Source of the DNA: Lama glama
Taxonomy: Eukaryota
NCBI GenBank assembly: GCA_028534125.1
Contig: CM052817.1
Location: 54,066,001 to 54,130,000 of the forward strand
DNA length: 64,000 nucleotides
Direction: 5' to 3'
In this document: in pieces, positions 41,201 through 53,662 of the stretch
Position numbering within the stretch: position 1 is the first letter of the stretch
Layout of the letters: each line of letters opens with the position of its first letter
Made by a program: the position numbers and the translations under genes
The notes under the pieces: generated by a model
The model's database searches: none
What the model saw: only the letters and a program-made list of their open reading frames with translations
What the model was told of the DNA's origin: nothing

Positions 41201-41884
41201 CTAAAATGAAGTTACCATATGTGGTAAAAATAAAGATCCACTTTCATTTTTATAACTATTACCAATAGCTTTGTGGAGATGTATGCTGTCTAAATTTCTC
41301 ATTATATAAAGCATTAGAAATTTTGAAGCACATTGTTACTTATATTCAAGTTTGATTAAGAAAGGCTGGCATAATACATTTTCTCATTTACAAATATTTC
41401 AAAGTATTCATGTGATATATTAAGTTTTTAACTCATGAGCCCTCACTGTCTAAAGTTTGCACATTAAGTGCTATCAGTTTTCTTTTATTTCCATATAACA
41501 TGCAAATTTAAACTTATTTTCCAATATTATCAATAACTTCTCTTTTACTGAAATATTCCGATAGATAATTGTGTCTCTATAAACTCCAAAATGTTAAAAG
41601 CAATAGTAAAATCTGTAAATCAGTAAATTTCACCACAAGTACTTAAGTGATTTTTTTCTGAAAACTTATCCAAAGGCAGAAAATAAATGCCGTATAATTT
41701 AATAAGCTTCATGCCAGGTTTTCATTATGTCACTAATAGTGTACGTACACGTGCGGCTTAGCACGCACACATGCACATGTGTGTATTTTCTTTTCAGTAA
41801 TAGTGACTGGTCCATACTTGTTTCCTGAGTTAGTCCTTTTACTAAAACTAGTGCATATCTTAGACAAATGACACCAGGTGATTG

Positions 41885-42125
41885 ACTGTAGTAGTTACTG
41901 TGGATTTTGGAGCTGGATTGCCTAGGTTAAATTTGCAGCTTTGCCATTGAACTGTGTAACTTGGATATGTTATTTAAACTCTCTATGCTTTAGGTCCCCC
42001 ATCAGTAAAGGAGTGACGGTAGTATCCATTTCATGGGAATGAGGGAAGAATTAAAGAGTTAATTCATATAAAGTCCCTAAAACACCGTATCGCTCATACA
42101 AAGTTCTCAATTAATATTGCTTATA
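41885..42125 (+). mobile_element. MIR SINE
   Basis: tggattttggagctggattgcctaggttaaat...ctgtgtaacttggatatgttatttaaactctctatgc...aattaaagagttaattcatataaag. Confidence 0.8.
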
Positions 42126-42443
42126 TATGGTTATAGCTGGTAACATTTAGTAATACAATCAGCTCTGTTCTATCAATGCATGTTTTTTCAAGAAGCATTG
42201 GTTACCCGAAACACTTTATAAACGTAATTGATTCAAATAAAAAAGGAGTTGAAGAGTGGAGAGTTTAAGATTCACAGTAATCGAATTATTTCCATCAAAA
42301 ATTTCAATAATAAAAATTTTGTATAGCTATAGTTGAATATTAATAACACTTCAGCCAAACAAACCCAATATATGGTGTAGTGTTTCAATGAGAGGAAACG
42401 AGTTTCTTTTCCCACCATCATGATCATGATAAGAAGCCCTGTA

Positions 42444-42600
42444 TTTTTTTTTAATTTATTTATTTAAATTTTTGTTTTTGGCTGGGGAGGGACGTAATTA
42501 GGTTTATTTATTTACTTATTTTAGGGGAAGTACTGGGAATTGAACCCAGGACCTCAAGCATGCTAAGCATGCACTCTACCACTTGAGCTATACCCTCCCC
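42444..42600 (-). mobile_element. Full-length tRNA-derived camelid SINE (Vic-1 type)
   Basis: Reverse complement reads GGGGAGGGTATAGCTCAAGTGGTAGAGTGCATGCTTAGCATGC...GGTTCAATTCCCAGTAC (Pol III A and B boxes) with an A-rich tail. Imperfect TSD: AGAAGCCCTGT (42432-42442) / AGGAGCCCTGT (42602-42612). Confidence 0.9.
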
Positions 42601-42689
42601 CAGGAGCCCTGTTCTTAATCTTAACACTTTATTATTTTATCATGCTTGCTACAATAAACAAAATCCAAGTGCCTCAAATAAGGCAGTAT

Positions 42690-42885
42690 ATTGGCTTTAA
42701 AATAAGTTCTTCACTAAGTTAATTTCTATGTGCTTTAATTCCGTGTTGATATAATGGGAGTGATAATGATATGTATTTCTCAGTGTTATTGAGAGGAATA
42801 AATGAGATAACCAAAGGTAAATTCATCACCAGAGTTTACAGTAAATAAAAAGCACACAATAAATGTTAACAGGTATTATTGCTAA
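42690..42885 (+). mobile_element. MIR SINE fragment
   Basis: ataatgggagtgataatgat...ctcagtgttattgagaggaataaatgagataa...aataaatgttaac. Confidence 0.65.
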
Positions 42886-43174
42886 CAATAACAACTTAAT
42901 ATGCTTCCTACTTATTCAAGAGCATAATATACTAGATAGTAAAATTCTAGCTTAAAGGTAAAATCAGTAAGCTAGGAAAGGATATTTTCCCAAAGATAAA
43001 ACTAAATAGCTATACTGATCAATTTTATAAGGCAGGTTTCATTAAAATCCTACTCTTATTTGACCAACAGATTGAATTATATAAAATGTGAACAATTTGA
43101 ATATTTCACTTGCTTTTTTTTATCTACTAAAAAAGTAAAAAGATCTTTCCTTGTGACAAAAATTACTCTTAGTG

Positions 43175-44040
43175 CACTGCTAATTATTAGAGAATTACAA
43201 ATCAAAACCACAATGAGCTATCACCTCACACTTGTCAGAATGGCTATCATCAAAAAGTCTACAAATAATAAATATTGGAGAGGGTATGGAGAAAAAGGAA
43301 TCCTCATACATTGTAGGTGGCAATGTACATTGGTGCACCTAGTATGAAAGATAGTACAGAGGTTCCTTAAAAAACTAAAAATAGAGCTACCATATAATCC
43401 AGCAATCCCACTTCTGGGCACATATCTGGAAAAGATGAAAACTCTAATTTGAAAAGATACATGCACTCCAATTTACAATAGCCAAGACATGGAAACAACC
43501 CATATGCCCATCAACAGATGATTGGCTTAAGATGTTAGGGGGTGTGTGTATATAGGTATATATATGCACATAAATATATACAATGGAATATTAGTCATAA
43601 AAAAGAAAGAAATATTGCCATTTGCAGCAACATAAATAGACATAGAGAATATCATACTAAGTGAAGTAAGTCAGAGAAAGACAAATATTATATGATACCA
43701 CTTATATGAAAATCTCAAAAAATAATACAAATGAATCTACACACAAAACAGAAATACATTCACAGACACAGAAAACAAATTTATGGTTGCCAAAGGGGAA
43801 AGATTGAGGGGAGGGATAAATTAGGAGTATACGATTAACAGATACAAACTACTATACATAAAATAGATAAGCAACAAAGATTTCCTGTATAACACAGGGA
43901 ACAATATTCAATATCTTGCAATAATGGAAAATAATCTGAAAAAATATATGTATATATAGCTGAATCACTTTTCTGTACACCTGAAACTAACATAATATTG
44001 TGAATCAACTATACTTAACTTTGTAAAAAATGAAAAAAAG
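43175..44040 (+). mobile_element. L1 3' portion (end of ORF2, 3' UTR, A-rich tail); antisense to ADGRL3
   Basis: ORF remnant [36 protein letters not shown] is the L1 ORF2 C-terminus. The 3' end is complete (tgaatcacttttctgtacacctgaaactaacataatattgtgaatcaactatact). Confidence 0.93.
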
Positions 44041-45404
44041 TTTTTCTAGTGTCTTAGAAGAAGAAAAAAAAAAAAAGGCACAGCAAAAATCCATGGACTT
44101 TGTACCCAAGGAGAGCAGGCATGTTTGTACCATCATATAATAAGTAATAATAAGTAATTTCAGGTAAATTTCTTATGTCCATGTAACTCAGCCTCATCAA
44201 TGCAGTCAAAATACTTTGAAAGCCACCCCCTCCCCCAATAGCTTCAACAATCTTTAAAGTCATTATAATGATAGAGAAACTGAGGTTTTTATTCCAAATG
44301 TTTGCTAGATATCATTGTAACATATTTTGCTCCAGAGTCCAGTGATATCTAATTAATCAGTGACAGAATTTATGCTCATAATCTGCTTAGTTCTTTTCCA
44401 TTAGGATTTAAGCTATATCCAAGATAACTGCTTCAGCATTTTAATCCTATATCCTCAAATTTTCAAAAACTTCTTATCTTCTTTCTTTGGTAGTATCTTC
44501 TAAATATTTTCCACAAGATGCCAAGTTCTATAGGCTGACTATAGAGTGTAAAATCAACTAAGAAGCTAGAGGTATGGAAACAACTATGTGATCATTTATT
44601 ATGAATGAAAAACTGTGATTCTTAGGTTTTATAAATTAAATGTGAAACAGGTAAAATTCCAGGTAAATCTACCATTCTCACCCTACCTCTAATTTAGTTT
44701 TTTTCAGGTTTAGTTTGTTTGCCAATGCATTTACTAATGGTTACAGGCACTGGAGTTACCATTAACACTGCTAAATTAAAAAGAACTCAGAAAATTTAGA
44801 GTGCCAGAAAAGAGCTGCTCAAAACTCTTTAAATTCTGTCTTTACAAGATTGATTCTTTTTAAAAAAGAAAATTGACAATGATACATTAAAATGAAAAAT
44901 ATATTTTCCAGTATACATACTTATAAATTTAGTTCCTCCAACATATTTGTTTTTAGAATTATGTCATGACAGGACTCTCTCTCCCCTCCATAAAAACATA
45001 CTGTTAATTTGTGCAGTATTTTTATTTTAAAAATTTGCTATTCTAATTTTCCACTGTTTTAATCATTTTACTTTTAAATTAAACAGGTTTTCACAATTCT
45101 AAGAAAGATTTATCACAAGAGTTTCTGAACAGAAAATGATGCTAGTAATTTTCAGGCAATGGGTCTAATTCTTATTTGGTTCTTCATTAGCAAGGGCTAT
45201 TGTATGACGTATAGCTATTCTTCCCTTCAAAAATAATTCACTCATAGAAAAAGTCTAAATGACTTTAAAGCAAATAGAATGAGTATTATGTGATGTAAAA
45301 ATAATAAAAAACAAAACATTAATCATTAATTTTCAGCCAATAAGTAGAAATGAAAAAATAACTGTTTATTAAATCACTGATTTTCATGAGGTTTTGTCTC
45401 ATCA

Positions 45405-45700
45405 TCTCTTTAACTCTTAAAATTATTAAGATTCCCAAAGTCTATCAGTTTATGTGAGTTGTATCTATCAATACTTACCATATTAGAACCAAAATAACTC
45501 AAGACTTTTTTTAAAGTACATTGTAGCTACTACCTCGATCCTTGCTAAGATGTGGGCAATTTTACCTACCATTGCTTTTGCACCATCAGTGTCTACGTCT
45601 AAGACAATGAAAATAGAAAAGAATATGTTAATATTGTTATGAAAATAGTTTTGGCCCTGTGGAATCCCCATAGAGGACTCAGGGATTCCAAGTTTCCACA
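45405..45700. mobile_element. hAT-Charlie DNA transposon fragment (Charlie1-like)
   Basis: ctcttaaaattattaagattcccaaag...atattgttatgaaaatagttttggccctgtggaatcccc resembles recalled Charlie1-family terminal sequence. Confidence 0.55.
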
Positions 45701-46879
45701 AATTGTGCCTAGCACAAAGTGTGAATATTTCTCAAGGTCTGTAAGACAACCAACACAACTCCCTTTCACTTTTATACTAAGCTTTCCTGAAATATTTCAA
45801 TCATTTATTAAATTTTTAAATTTTGAACTACATATATAACATATAATTTCATTCAAAATTAAATTAATAGTAAGTTGTACCAGGAAGCATTTTAGTAGAA
45901 TATTATCAAATACAAATTCTCAGAATTGAAATGCAACAAAATATTAAAAAAAAAAGAGATAAATATCTTCCAGACAGAAACTTTCCAGTGTTTCCATTGT
46001 CTCTACATTCGGGATTTGGGAATAGAAGTTATCTTTCTTCCTTTATTTCCTTCCCTCCTTTTTTTTCTTTCTATTTTCGTAATAAACTTGCATACAAACA
46101 GTAATACTTAAGGCAATTAGTTATATATTATAGTTCCTATGCCTATCTGTTCTTTTGTTCATTTTACTGTATTTATGGGAAAGTCCCTGAAATGAAGAAT
46201 TGTATTTGATCTGTTATTATTCATAAAAGAAATATAAGACATAATGTAATAAATATAAGGAGCAAAGGAGAATACTCAAATTGGAAAAAAAAAACCTCTC
46301 ATGTCTATACACGGTTATTGCAGAATTATTTACTCAGCTATGTACATACAAAAACTGCCACTGGCATTTCTTCTTCTACTGCTATTGAAGGGGTTCTTAA
46401 CTTCACCAGAATTGAATACAACAAAAACAAAGACCTTTTTGTATGCTGTAAAATCCCCTGCAGTGGTACTGATATAAACTGAAATATAACTTTTCAAGAA
46501 AAGTGAGAAATAATTCCCTCTTTCTTCCTTCCTCTCTGCCTCTTTTTGTTTTGCATGTTCCTGATACGACTCTGACACATGAAAATGTAATATTGCTAAA
46601 ATGCTGCTAAAAGATTAAAAGTCAAACTTAAATGTCATTTAAATAGGAAAAAAAAATACTCCTTTATACATTTAACATCGCTCCTTGACAGAAAACTCTA
46701 GAGCATCTTTTAAATGTCTAGATTCATAATCTTTTGATTTGAGAGAAATCAAAAGGCAAGGAACATATTTATGTCCATGCCTCCAGAAATAACGGTTAAT
46801 ATATCTTTGATAACAACCCCATTAAAACATCCACTACTCCTAGCTTGATTTCAAATATTCAGTTTTAGCTCAAAAAATA

Positions 46880-47395
46880 ATGCATTTAGGATAGACGAAA
46901 AATAGACAAGTCATCTCATGGGGTGAGGAAGGAGATGGGGATTAACAACAATGGGCATGCAGAATCTTCCTGTAGTGATATAAATATTCTAAAACTGATC
47001 TATGGTGATGACTGCACCACTTGGTAAATTTACTTAAAAAAAAAAATCAATGTGCACTTGAAATGGGTGAATTATATGGTACATTAAAATAGTTTAATAA
47101 AGTTATATTAAAAAATGAATGCATTGAACGAGAAGAGCCAGACACTAAAATGCAAGTACTATATGAAGCCATTTATTTAATTACAAAATGGGCAAAACTA
47201 ATTTAAGGTGATAGAAGGCTCAATAGCAGAAATTCTCGGTGGGGAGTATGGCTGGTACAGAGCACAAGGTAGGTGTCTAAAGTGCCCTTAATGTTCTCAG
47301 TCTTCACATGCTGGTTAATTGGATGAGCTTGGTTTGTGAAAATTCAGTGAGTTGTAAACTTATGTTTACAACTTATACCTCAATAAATAAATGTA
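46880..47395 (+). mobile_element. Old L1M (MB/ME-like) 3'-end fragments
   Basis: tgatataaatattctaaaactgatctatggtgatgactgcacc...cacttgaaatgggtgaattatatgg, then a second end gtgaaaattcagtgagttgtaaactta...tatacctcaataaa. Confidence 0.7.
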
Positions 47396-50300
47396 CGTCA
47401 TATATACATATATACGCTTATTCAAAATTCCTTTTTAATTTAAAACATATGGGCAATTCTATGTAAAGTAAGGCTGTTATATCACATATTTAAAATATTT
47501 ATCATAAAAAGCTGGCATGAGGATGTCATAACATATGATATTCAAACTTCACACATTTAGATGGCATTTATGTCCAATTTGTAAAAATGGACACCATTAG
47601 GAGGTTATTGACAAGGGAAGTGTATCCAAACTAATTTACCATCGAATTATCAAGGTTTCATATGAGCATGTGCACTGGATCTATAGGGATGGTTGGTGGT
47701 GGGGGACTGGTCTCAGGCATGTTTGGAAGAGGGTCTAGAGAGATTAAATGGTGCGTGGCAGACACCAATAAGCTTGTGAAGCCCTGCCAGAAAAGGATGG
47801 GTGAAGGGTCACTGAAGGGAAACTGTTTCCTTGTGTTCTTTTTTGGTGTTTGTCCATTTATATATCTAAAGATACTTTGGTTATCTTCTGGTTCTACCTA
47901 TGCCCAATCCTTCAAGGACCAGCCTAACATTTCCTCTTCAGTGAACATTCCCTAAAACTATCTAGGTAGAAGAGATTTCCCACTTGTTGTGAACTCTTCA
48001 ATAAACATGAATGAGAAGAAAGTAAATTACTGAGCAACTGATAAAGCTATTTGTTTTTATATCAGCCAAAAAACTACAATTTTGTGGGCAGGAACCAGGC
48101 CTGGCTTATTCATCCACTGAACTCCAGAGTAACTCTCATAATGAACTACAAATCATGGACTTTCGGGTGTTTGTGGAATTTAAAAATGTAAATATTTCCA
48201 TTAATAACTGAAGATAACATGAAACCTCAGCTGCATTCAAAATGCGAAACTTTTTCTGCAGTTATCAGTTGCCAACAGTCATTTCACATTTAGATTCCAA
48301 AGCTATATGTACTGTTTTTTTAAACTCTGAAGTGTGTAAAGACAAAATAAAAAGAAACAAAAAATTACTCAGATAATAGTGTTAGGGAAGCTTTCAAAGA
48401 GCATGACAAAATTGGAGAGCACATTTATTCACTCATTTATATATCATTACATATCAAAAGTTATTTTTGAGTAAAATCAAAAGAAAGTCTGCCCTCTAGA
48501 AGTCTACAATTTACTTAAGACGAGGCAACTGACTGAAGTGTGACAATATAGGATTATTGTTTAGACGAAATAAAGATGGATGCAGTTGATAGTCAGTGAA
48601 TGAAATCAGAAATTCTGAGAAGGATAATAAATGCATTTCTACATTTTAACAAGCCTTCTAGTAGTATAATGAAAAAGAGGTAAAGCACAGGGATTGGGGG
48701 CAGAACAGCAACAGAACACACTTGGATTTGAGAATACCAGGCTCAATCTGAAAGGCACTGAGGAAACTGGCTTCTCTAGAGCAGATGTCAGATTGCAAAG
48801 TTCTACTGGGGAAAAAAAATGCAGAAATCACATGTCATACCCTTTTTGTTTCAAGTCTTCCTTTTTTCACACCTAGAACTAACATTTTAGTATACAGTTT
48901 TAATTATGTATTTGTTGAATATGTATTCAAACACTTGTGTGAATAACATTTCATGCCTGTCCTTGCCTGTGACATCTGTCTAATTTTTGAGGCTGAAGCA
49001 AGTTATGAAGCTTATCAACAAGGTTATGTAAAGATACATAAATAATTGTTTGTATTTAGTGATAATCCTCCCATGTATAGACATGCTTAGAAATTTTAGA
49101 CTCTGACATAGTGTCATTCTAGAAGTTTAAAAAATCTAAAATATCTTTTAAAAAACATGTTTTCTATTATGATTTTAATTCAAACACATTTAACTATCTA
49201 TAACATAATTAATATATATGCCCATATCATAATTAGCTATTATTAGCCTTATTTAACATGCTATCATTGGCATGACAGTGAAAGTTCATTATAACGCAGC
49301 TTAAGTGGACGTGATCATCCATCTCTCGGAAGCTTACAAGATGGAAGACGATCTCTTTTCTCCAAGAGCCAAAGCATTTATTTCAGCCAAGTGTCAATTT
49401 AGTACATTTAACAGTTCAAATACAAACAAGGAACTAGCCTCCATGGAGAATTAACCACAGCTATTTCAGCTAACTGACAATTTTTACTTGAGAACCCCCC
49501 AGGAGGGCTTCTACAAATGATTTACTCAGGGTGCCTGAAGCAGTTTTACTCAGCAGATTTGTCACTTCATAGATGCAACCTATATAATTCAGTAGCTCCA
49601 GAGAATCCATTGTAACTATTTTTTGCAATAATTATAAGATTAAGGACTTATTTTGGGAGCCATTAATAATATCAATGAAAGGATTAAGGCAATTTCAATG
49701 AAAATCATATAGAGATCAAAGAACTAGTGATGTTAATGATTCTGCTACATTTTAAATGAAAACCTAATCACAGAAAAGCTGAAAATCCTCCTCAACTCAC
49801 ATCCAGAATGGATTCTAAAAAATCCTATGTTTGATGATCTGACTGATACAAATAAAATGACAATTTAGTCATGGTGTCTATTCTATACTACTTATGGAAA
49901 AGTACACTCTTGAAAGATGATTACAACACTTACATGTAATGAAATACTTAGACTTTTAGATAGACTTTTAGATAAAACATTGGAGAATTTAACCATAGTT
50001 AGAGATATATCAAACATATAACAATGAGAGACACACACAGAAGAGTTGAATGCAACCAAACTTATATCAAATAGAATCCCTAATTTTAAAGTCTTTTTTC
50101 CTGTTAAAATTCACCTTAGCATGAGTCAGCATTTTAGAAACAGACAAATAAAAGCCCTCAGATTTGCCCAGAGAGACCACTATCCATCAAGTATGCCTCA
50201 GAAGCTTTTATCACCAAAATCTTGGCATGATATAATTTCTTTAAATAATTTATACACATAATTTTTTAAAAATATTGACTATCAATGTATTAATTACACA

Positions 50301-51340
50301 CAAATATATACATATATATATATCTCTCTCAAAATTTTCAGTATCAAGGTGATTAAAAATAAGGTAGGCTTTCTTAAGCACAAGAAAGATAATTCTTAAA
50401 AATCTTGTTGCTTTTATACTTCAATTTGTTTATTTTTACATATGCTATGATTTCCTGCATATTTTAAGAAATCCTTAAACAAAAGAAATGCCTAAATAGA
50501 AATTCTAATGAAAAACAAATTCACTAAGTAAATCATTTATTATTTAAGAACTGCTTTGTGAGCAAGTAATCAGAAAGTATGAAGGCTTATAGTTACGATT
50601 TTGTCACTGATTTCTGAGAAACTGTAGTAATAGTGAACACACATTTGAAATATATTTAATATTTAGCTAATTTATCAAGAATTTTTAGTATAAAAATTTT
50701 ATAATATGGATTCCTATTTACTAGTCTCTTTAGAATTAAAGATCTTCTTTTACTTATCCAGGAACTTTAAATAGTACCTTAATTTATATTATTTGGTAAT
50801 ATACGGTAATATTTCAGATAGCTTAAATATATTAAATGAATTAATTTACATACTAGTTATCAAAGTAATACTTTCTTTACTGTTCTCCAAGGCCAAATGG
50901 CCATTAATCAATAGTTTTTACTGTATTTTGATTAATAACTATCAACATTTCCTGTCAATTTAAATTTTATTCTCTTTTATCTACACTGATGGAAAATAAT
51001 TGCTAGTAGTAAAACAGTTTTTCTGTAATTTATGGAGAAAATTCTAAAATTCTGTTTTTGAAAACTGAAAAACAAATTTAGTTTCTCAACTAATGAACCC
51101 AGTTTGAGAGAACAAAGAGTAGACCATGAAAAAATAATCTAATACATTTTAATATTTTCCAAATACTACTTGCAATTTTAAAAGTAGCATTTTAGTGATA
51201 TGGGGAATAGTTTGATACTGAAAAAGTTCAGAGGATCCTAAAATACACAAATTTTTTATGTTCTTACCTACACTCAATATGTCACAGATGCATTTTGAAA
51301 GTTTATATTAAATGCACAAAGAATATTAGAAATATCATAC

Positions 51341-51554
51341 CTTTGAGACATAATCTTATAGGCGTCAGGCAGATAGCATCGTATATTCTCCATCTGAGCA
51401 GGGTCAGAGTCACAAATTTTGTCATCAGTCCTCCCATAGTTGGCACTTTCGATCATAATGACATCTGTTCCTGGACAGCGGAGCTCTATGGGGTAGCTCT
51501 CACACGAGAGCTCTCTGCGGACCACAGCCATTGGAATTGGGGCACGGCTGAATG
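51341..51554 (-). CDS. ADGRL3: Internal coding exon of adhesion G protein-coupled receptor L3 (latrophilin-3), N-terminal part of the RBL/SUEL lectin domain
   Basis: Translates to (A)[70 protein letters not shown](R). This matches recalled ADGRL3, not ADGRL1 (RAGLPFGL) or ADGRL2 (RAALPFGL). Acceptor is a pyrimidine tract then ctggTAG|CA (AG at 51556-51555); donor is CAAAG|GTATGA (GT at 51340-51339). 214 bp = 2 nt + 70 codons + 2 nt. Confidence 0.98.
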
Positions 51555-52099
51555 CTACCAGAAGGAGGAGAAAGAAAAATAAATCATCTTTTTTATCTAC
51601 AAAGGAAAAGTACATGTTTAGAATAAGCTAAAACAAGGAATAAAGCAGTTGTGACTCATAATTTTAACTAAAAATAGATTTCTCTCACTTCAGTAACTTC
51701 ATAGGATTTTTAAAATGCTAACAATAATAATTATTTCTTAAAAACCTTATATATATAAAAAAGTAAGTTATTTTTTCTTATAAATGGAAAAAAGCACCCT
51801 GGATTTTCTAAAATATTGGCTGGAATGTGAGCTAAAGACTATACAGAAATATCATGCAGTTTGTAGAGCAAACTGTCAGATTAACCTCAAGAATATTGTG
51901 TGCATGTTTTGTTTTGTTTTATATGGAAACCGTTACCAAAAAAATGCACTATTCTTGAGTTTGTACATACTGATATAAATAGTCTATTTCAATTTTTAAA
52001 TTGTTTTATTGTTTCAGGTAATAATTAACACAGTACATTTTATGAGTTAATTATATAAATAGTGAATGTTCTTTATTTAAGAAAATAGAAATTTGTATG

Positions 52100-52990
52100 G
52101 AGACAAATTAAATTTTCCTTCAGCTCCCTTCCCACATATTTCCTCCAGTATCAAAAGACAACCAGTTAACAATGTGGTAACCTTTGTATTAGAATTTTCT
52201 ATAGGAAAAAAAAAACCACTTTATATGTTTCTTCCTACCCCTCTTTTAATCCTACCTAAGTAACTTACTCAGGTAATATAACACTACACATATTGAGACC
52301 TTGATGTATTTTATTTATTAATTTAACATGATGGAAATATTTTCATTTCTATGCCATATCCCTCATTTTAATGGCTGCATTATATATACATATAAAACAT
52401 GACTTAATTGGTCTTATGTTGATGGACATTTAGAAATGTCCCAGTGTTTTTGTGCCATAATATTGCAAAGAAAAATAAACATATCTGTGTACCTTGCATA
52501 ATATAGAAAAATACAATTATCCAAATACATTTTATGGTATACTTCTATAAATGAAATTGGTGAAGAGGCATATATACTTGAAGTTTGGCAAATATGAATA
52601 AGATGTCCAAAAACCTTACTACAAATGCACATTTCCACCAGCAGTACTTTCCTCTTCAAAAGTACATATTAACAATTCCTTTATATTTTGACAATGTGAT
52701 AGACACAATATCTTTAATTTTCACTATTTTACTTATACAATATACTTTCATATATTTATTGACCCTTCATACTTCTTTTATTTGTGAATTGTTTGCTCAC
52801 ATTTACACATAATTTGTTTTTGCAAAAGTTCTTGGCAAAAAAGAAAATTGAAAATTTGTTCTTTATATTCATGGCAAATATGTTTTTCCAGTTTGTTATT
52901 GCTTTCAGATGTTTGCTGAACATACATGTTTCATTTTTACACAGAAAATCATCTATCTTTTCATGTCGGGTTTAAGAGTTTTACATTCCT
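52100..52990 (-). mobile_element. Old L1ME 3' fragment
   Basis: catttttaatggctgcattatat...tgttgatggacatttag...atgcacatttccaccagcagt...gtgaattgtttgctcac. Confidence 0.65.
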
Positions 52991-53614
52991 AGATTATGAA
53001 CATAATCAGTACATTATTGGAAGACAGTCAAATGTTTTATTGTAAAAACTCAACAAGTCGTCTTTTAAAAGCACATAGTTGAAATTCTAAAATTGTGATT
53101 ACCAGCCAGCTAATAAGTTGATTTTCACATAAAAGAATTAATCATACAGATAAATGCATGATAGCTATAAATTTGCATGGATAGTTGATTAACTCACTAA
53201 TGTTCACATACATAAAATGTATTTAAATAAATACATTCAACTTTTCTTATGGCTTTTTTTTTTTTTTACTAAACATGAAATGTTAAAGGTAAAGTAGAGA
53301 GAAGTGAGAAAGTGTTAAGAGTGGGAATAAGGGAAGAGAAATTTTATTACTATAAATATTTTCCCTTGAAACTTACAGAAAATATTGATTTGGTTGTAGA
53401 ACCACATGTATTATTTCAAAATTGAGAAAGAGATTAGTTTTTACCTCATTTCTATAATATTTTGGAAAAACTATAAACGTACCAAAGACCCCAGAATAAG
53501 TTCAAAGCAGGTTAAAGTGCTCAAGCTGCACTGCACAGTTAATTCCATTCTGGTCTGGTTATCATTCAACATCTTTTCTGTTTTCTCCCCTACTCCCTTC
53601 AAACACAGGCAGGG

Positions 53615-53662
53615 AGACAGACAGACAGACAGACAGACAGACACAGACACACATACACACAC
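53615..53662. repeat. (AGAC)n/(AC)n compound microsatellite
   Basis: Read directly from sequence. Confidence 0.9.

Larger units (their letters stand above)
1..51340 (-). other. ADGRL3: ADGRL3 intron downstream of the lectin exon; continues beyond the window start
   Basis: Begins at the GT donor at 51340. The next expected exon ([20 protein letters not shown]...) was not seen in the window. Confidence 0.85.

Noticed and set aside
42530..42600. tRNA gene (also at 1-60)
   Set aside because: The tRNA-like head runs into a SINE body, an A-rich tail and TSDs, so it is a SINE.
49949..49972. Short direct repeats (TAGACTTTTAGA x2; others near 571-601, 38163 and 63045) as a CRISPR-like or functional array
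   Set aside because: Only two units each with no spacer pattern; ordinary slippage duplications in a mammalian genome.
51274..51340. ORF-track extension past the donor ([25 protein letters not shown]) as a secreted truncated lectin isoform
   Set aside because: Simple read-through into intron beyond a canonical AG|GTATGA donor; AATAAA-like motifs are uninformative in such AT-rich DNA.
53216..53237. 10-bp-arm hairpin AATGTATTTA-aa-TAAATACATT
   Set aside because: Almost all A/T; expected by chance at this base composition.
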